Positions 61,524 through 64,000 of a stretch of 64,000 nt of DNA are shown here, piece after piece; position 1 is the first letter of the stretch; each line of letters opens with the position of its first letter. The position numbers were made by a program, and so were the translations under genes. The stretch is from positions 1,408,001 to 1,472,000 of the forward strand of contig CBDESU010000001.1 in assembly GCA_965242695.1 (NCBI GenBank), read 5' to 3'. The notes beneath the pieces were generated by a model. The model was given only the letters and a program-made list of their open reading frames with translations, did no database searches and was not told where the DNA came from. Source of the stretch: Cenarchaeum sp. GTDB lineage: Archaea; Thermoproteota; Nitrososphaeria; Nitrososphaerales; Nitrosopumilaceae.

Positions 61524-61633
61524 GCGGCGCATGGGAAAGGGAGCCATGGCCTCTGCCAGTGCGCCTGTCGTCGGCGATTGCGACGAAGTGATCGCGCGGC
61601 GCATGGGAAAGGGAGCCATGGCCTCTGCCAGTC
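61524..61633. repeat. Direct repeat of about 37 nt (GCGGCGCATGGGAAAGGGAGCCATGGCCTCTGCCAGT), two copies
   Basis: Copies start near 61524 and 61596. Confidence 0.75.
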
Positions 61634-62044
61634 TGAGCGCCCTCGAAGCGTGGACCGGGCCTGCAGCGGGCGCCGCGGTGCGGACATGGCCCCCGTGCAT
61701 GCGGCGCCGGGAGGCGAGGCGGACCGCCGGCGGATCCGCCCCCCGGCGCCACGGTTTGATCAGCCGCCGGGCAGGTCGATTGAATATCCCCCGATCTCGC
61801 CCGCGCCCCATCCCGCCGCCTGTCGCAGGCGGCAGGCGGATCCCCGCACCGCCCCGGTTCGGAGAGGCCAATCCCTGTCGCGCGTGCGCCGGCGTTTGGC
61901 ACGGCGGCCCTGCCGCCTCGTACCCGTCGCTCTGCCGCCGCGGCGGCCTCGCCCGCCTAAAGTTGCCCCCTGCGCGACCTCTGCTCATGGTCGTCCCCAT
62001 TGCACGCCAACAAGTCCTGCGCGTCCAGTAGTACTGACATAGAG

Positions 62045-62139
62045 GGCAGCGTAGTGGCCTCAAAGTGCGCATTTGTCGGCAGCGTAGTGGCCTCAAAGTG
62101 CGCATTTGTCGGCAGCGTAGTGGCCTCAAAGTGCGCATT
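62045..62139. repeat. Tandem repeat, 33-bp unit (GGCAGCGTAGTGGCCTCAAAGTGCGCATTTGTC), about 2.9 copies
   Basis: Units start at 62045, 62078 and 62111; no spacers. Confidence 0.95.
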
Positions 62140-62142
62140 CGG

Positions 62143-63663
62143 ATGCGAGATGTGCAACTATACATAGAACGCATCCCCCAAGCGCACCCGATGGCCGCCG
62201 TGGGCATTCCGGACGACGACGGCCTGTACAGGATCATGGAGCTGTCCAACCCGTGGTGGACGGGCGGGCGGGTTCAGGGCGGGCGCGTGCGCAAGTTCAG
62301 GCGGCCCGAGCATGCCGAACTGATGCGGCGCATGGCGGAGCATCCGGTGCAGGCCGTGCTCGGCGCGCGGCAGGTAGGCAAGACGGCCATGCTGTACCAG
62401 ATCGCAGCGGATCTTGTCGCCGCCAACGATCCCAGGCGGGTGATGTTCCTATCGCTCGACGAGCTCGGCCTGTTCCCGAGCGCCGACAACCTGCGCCGCA
62501 TGCTGGACCTGTACTGCCTCCGCACGCTAGGCGAGTCCGTGCACGGCCTGGAGGGGGAGACTTACGTCATCCTAGACGAGGTACAGGCCGTCCCCAACTG
62601 GCAGCAGGCGGCAAAGCCCGTCGTCGGCCGCGGCGGCCCGCTCAGGCTCATCGTGGCGGGATCGTCAAGCGCCGGCATGTTCGGAAGCCCCGAGCCGCTG
62701 GCGGGGCGGATGCGGCGCCAGGCAATGGCGCCGATGAGCTTTTGCGAGACCCTCGCGTTCAGGAACCATCCGCATGCAGAGGCGGCCGCCGAGGCGGGGG
62801 AGGGCCTGCGCGGGGCGCTTGCGGCGTCCGTCGAGGAAAAGGATCCGGCGGCGTTCCACGACCGAGCAAGAAACGCGATGCTGGAGCTCGCCCAGGCTCG
62901 GGACGGCCTCAGGGTGCGCCTCTACGAGTACATGGTGTACGGGGGATGCCCCGGCATCGCGGCAAGCAGGGACCCCGTGTACAAGGCATGCGAGCTGAGG
63001 CGGGCGGTGAAGTTGTCCATGTACGACGTCGTAAAGGCGGGCGGCGTAAGAAACCCGCGCGCGCTGGAGGGCCTGCTCTACATGCTAGCAGAGGGATCGC
63101 CCCGCCTGATCGACAAGGGCAGGTTGCAAAGGACGCTCGGGATGCACAAGGCCACGCTCGACGCATACCTCTACCTGCTGGAGGCGACGCACCTGCTCTC
63201 GTACTCGCACGCATACTCTTCGAGGACATCGGGCAGTACCCGCGCGCGGAGAAAGGCGCACGTATGCGACGTCGGCGTACGCAACGCCGTCCTGTCGATG
63301 AGCGATGCGAGCATACTCTCCGACCCGGCCGAGGCTGGCAGGCTGGCCGAGACGGTCGCATGCACCCACACGAGGCGGCTGTGGGAGTCGCTCGACCACA
63401 CAGCGATGCCGCACATGCCGCACTACTGGCGTACCGGCAGGGGAGACGAGGTCGACTTGGTGATGAGCATCCGCCGCAGTCCCGTCCCGATCGGGGTCAA
63501 GTACCGCCAGCATGTGGAGTCATCCGACCTCAAGGGCCTGTCGCACTTTGTCGACAAGTTCAAGCCCGGGGTGGCGCTGGCGCTGGTGCAGGACAGGGTG
63601 CGGCTCGTCGGCGATTCCACAGTAGCGATCCCGCTGTGGCTGTACCTGGTCATGTGCGGGTGA
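62143..63663 (+). CDS. AAA_14 ATPase with C-terminal DUF4143 domain
   Basis: NPWW, GARQVGKT, ILDEVQ, AGSS, LAGR, PMSF, YGGCP, DVG and EVDLV motifs. Confidence 0.9.
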   Translation: MRDVQLYIERIPQAHPMAAVGIPDDDGLYRIMELSNPWWTGGRVQGGRVRKFRRPEHAELMRRMAEHPVQAVLGARQVGKTAMLYQIAADLVAANDPRRVMFLSLDELGLFPSADNLRRMLDLYCLRTLGESVHGLEGETYVILDEVQAVPNWQQAAKPVVGRGGPLRLIVAGSSSAGMFGSPEPLAGRMRRQAMAPMSFCETLAFRNHPHAEAAAEAGEGLRGALAASVEEKDPAAFHDRARNAMLELAQARDGLRVRLYEYMVYGGCPGIAASRDPVYKACELRRAVKLSMYDVVKAGGVRNPRALEGLLYMLAEGSPRLIDKGRLQRTLGMHKATLDAYLYLLEATHLLSYSHAYSSRTSGSTRARRKAHVCDVGVRNAVLSMSDASILSDPAEAGRLAETVACTHTRRLWESLDHTAMPHMPHYWRTGRGDEVDLVMSIRRSPVPIGVKYRQHVESSDLKGLSHFVDKFKPGVALALVQDRVRLVGDSTVAIPLWLYLVMCG

Positions 63664-63771
63664 CTGGCCTCCGGGAGGCGGCGCATCGCGCGCGATCCGC
63701 TCCATCCCCCCCCACCACCAGCTCCCGCCGCGAGGAGCAAGGGATAAAGCGCCGCGTTCCGGCCCCGCCCC

Positions 63772-64000
63772 GTGCAGGGAGGCGTCGGAGAGGGCAAGAT
63801 CGAGGCGTATGCGCGCGCCTTTGACAGGTTCTTTGCCAGGCCGCGCATGTCGAGCACGTACAAGCCGGTGTTCGTCGGCGCCCTGGTCGACGTTGGCCGC
63901 TGGGAAGAGGACGATCGCCTCGAGGGGCGGCGGTGGATACGCAGGGAGTCCGACGGGCGCATAAGCGTCGGCCTGGACTTTGTCGCCGCCCGGTTTGCAA
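63772..64000 (+). CDS. 5' part of a gene running off the window (STYK motif, as seen N-terminal in some HNH-nuclease proteins)
   Basis: Open frame from GTG 63772 (MQGG...MSSTYKPVFVGALVD) to the window end; GATAAA box upstream. Confidence 0.5.
   Translation, partial: MQGGVGEGKIEAYARAFDRFFARPRMSSTYKPVFVGALVDVGRWEEDDRLEGRRWIRRESDGRISVGLDFVAARFA

Noticed and set aside
61524-61633. Mini-CRISPR (37-nt repeat, about 35-nt spacer); similar two-copy repeats at 4334 and 13195
   Set aside because: Only two copies each, the repeats are unrelated to one another, and there is no leader or cas gene. Local duplication is simpler, although the similar period of about 70 nt is noted.
62045-62139. CRISPR array
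   Set aside because: The units are contiguous with no unique spacers, and no cas genes are present.

Overview
GC-rich window with no housekeeping genes, rRNA, tRNA or CRISPR. It looks like an accessory/defence island of an archaeon, most likely a high-GC Nitrososphaerota (thaumarchaeal) lineage. This is inferred from secreted proteins with the 'VPAWVK' N-terminal module, a CFI-box-CTERM protein, and TATA boxes about 20-27 nt upstream of many start codons. Conflict-type genes include an SF1 helicase/wHTH/PLD operon, SIR2, a RelE-like TA pair, HARE-HTH-REase, GIY-YIG, two HNH genes, DUF262+HEPN, a TIR-STAND NTPase, two TRAFAC GTPase/GAP1-like modules, a GHKL(MORC-like)-AbiEi fusion with a broken AbiEii partner, and AAA_14/DUF4143. 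They are interspersed with DUF4344 metallopeptidase paralogs, segmental duplications and pseudogene debris. The most striking unexplained signal is two paralogous 387-aa proteins (putative RNase H-like/DUF3800-like fold). Each has a predicted convergent small RNA over its 3' end, with a TATA box, a hairpin and a T-run. Each RNA type also occurs as an orphan copy where the protein gene has decayed but the RNA is conserved, in one case with compensatory base changes. All family assignments come from motif recognition by eye, not from database searches.
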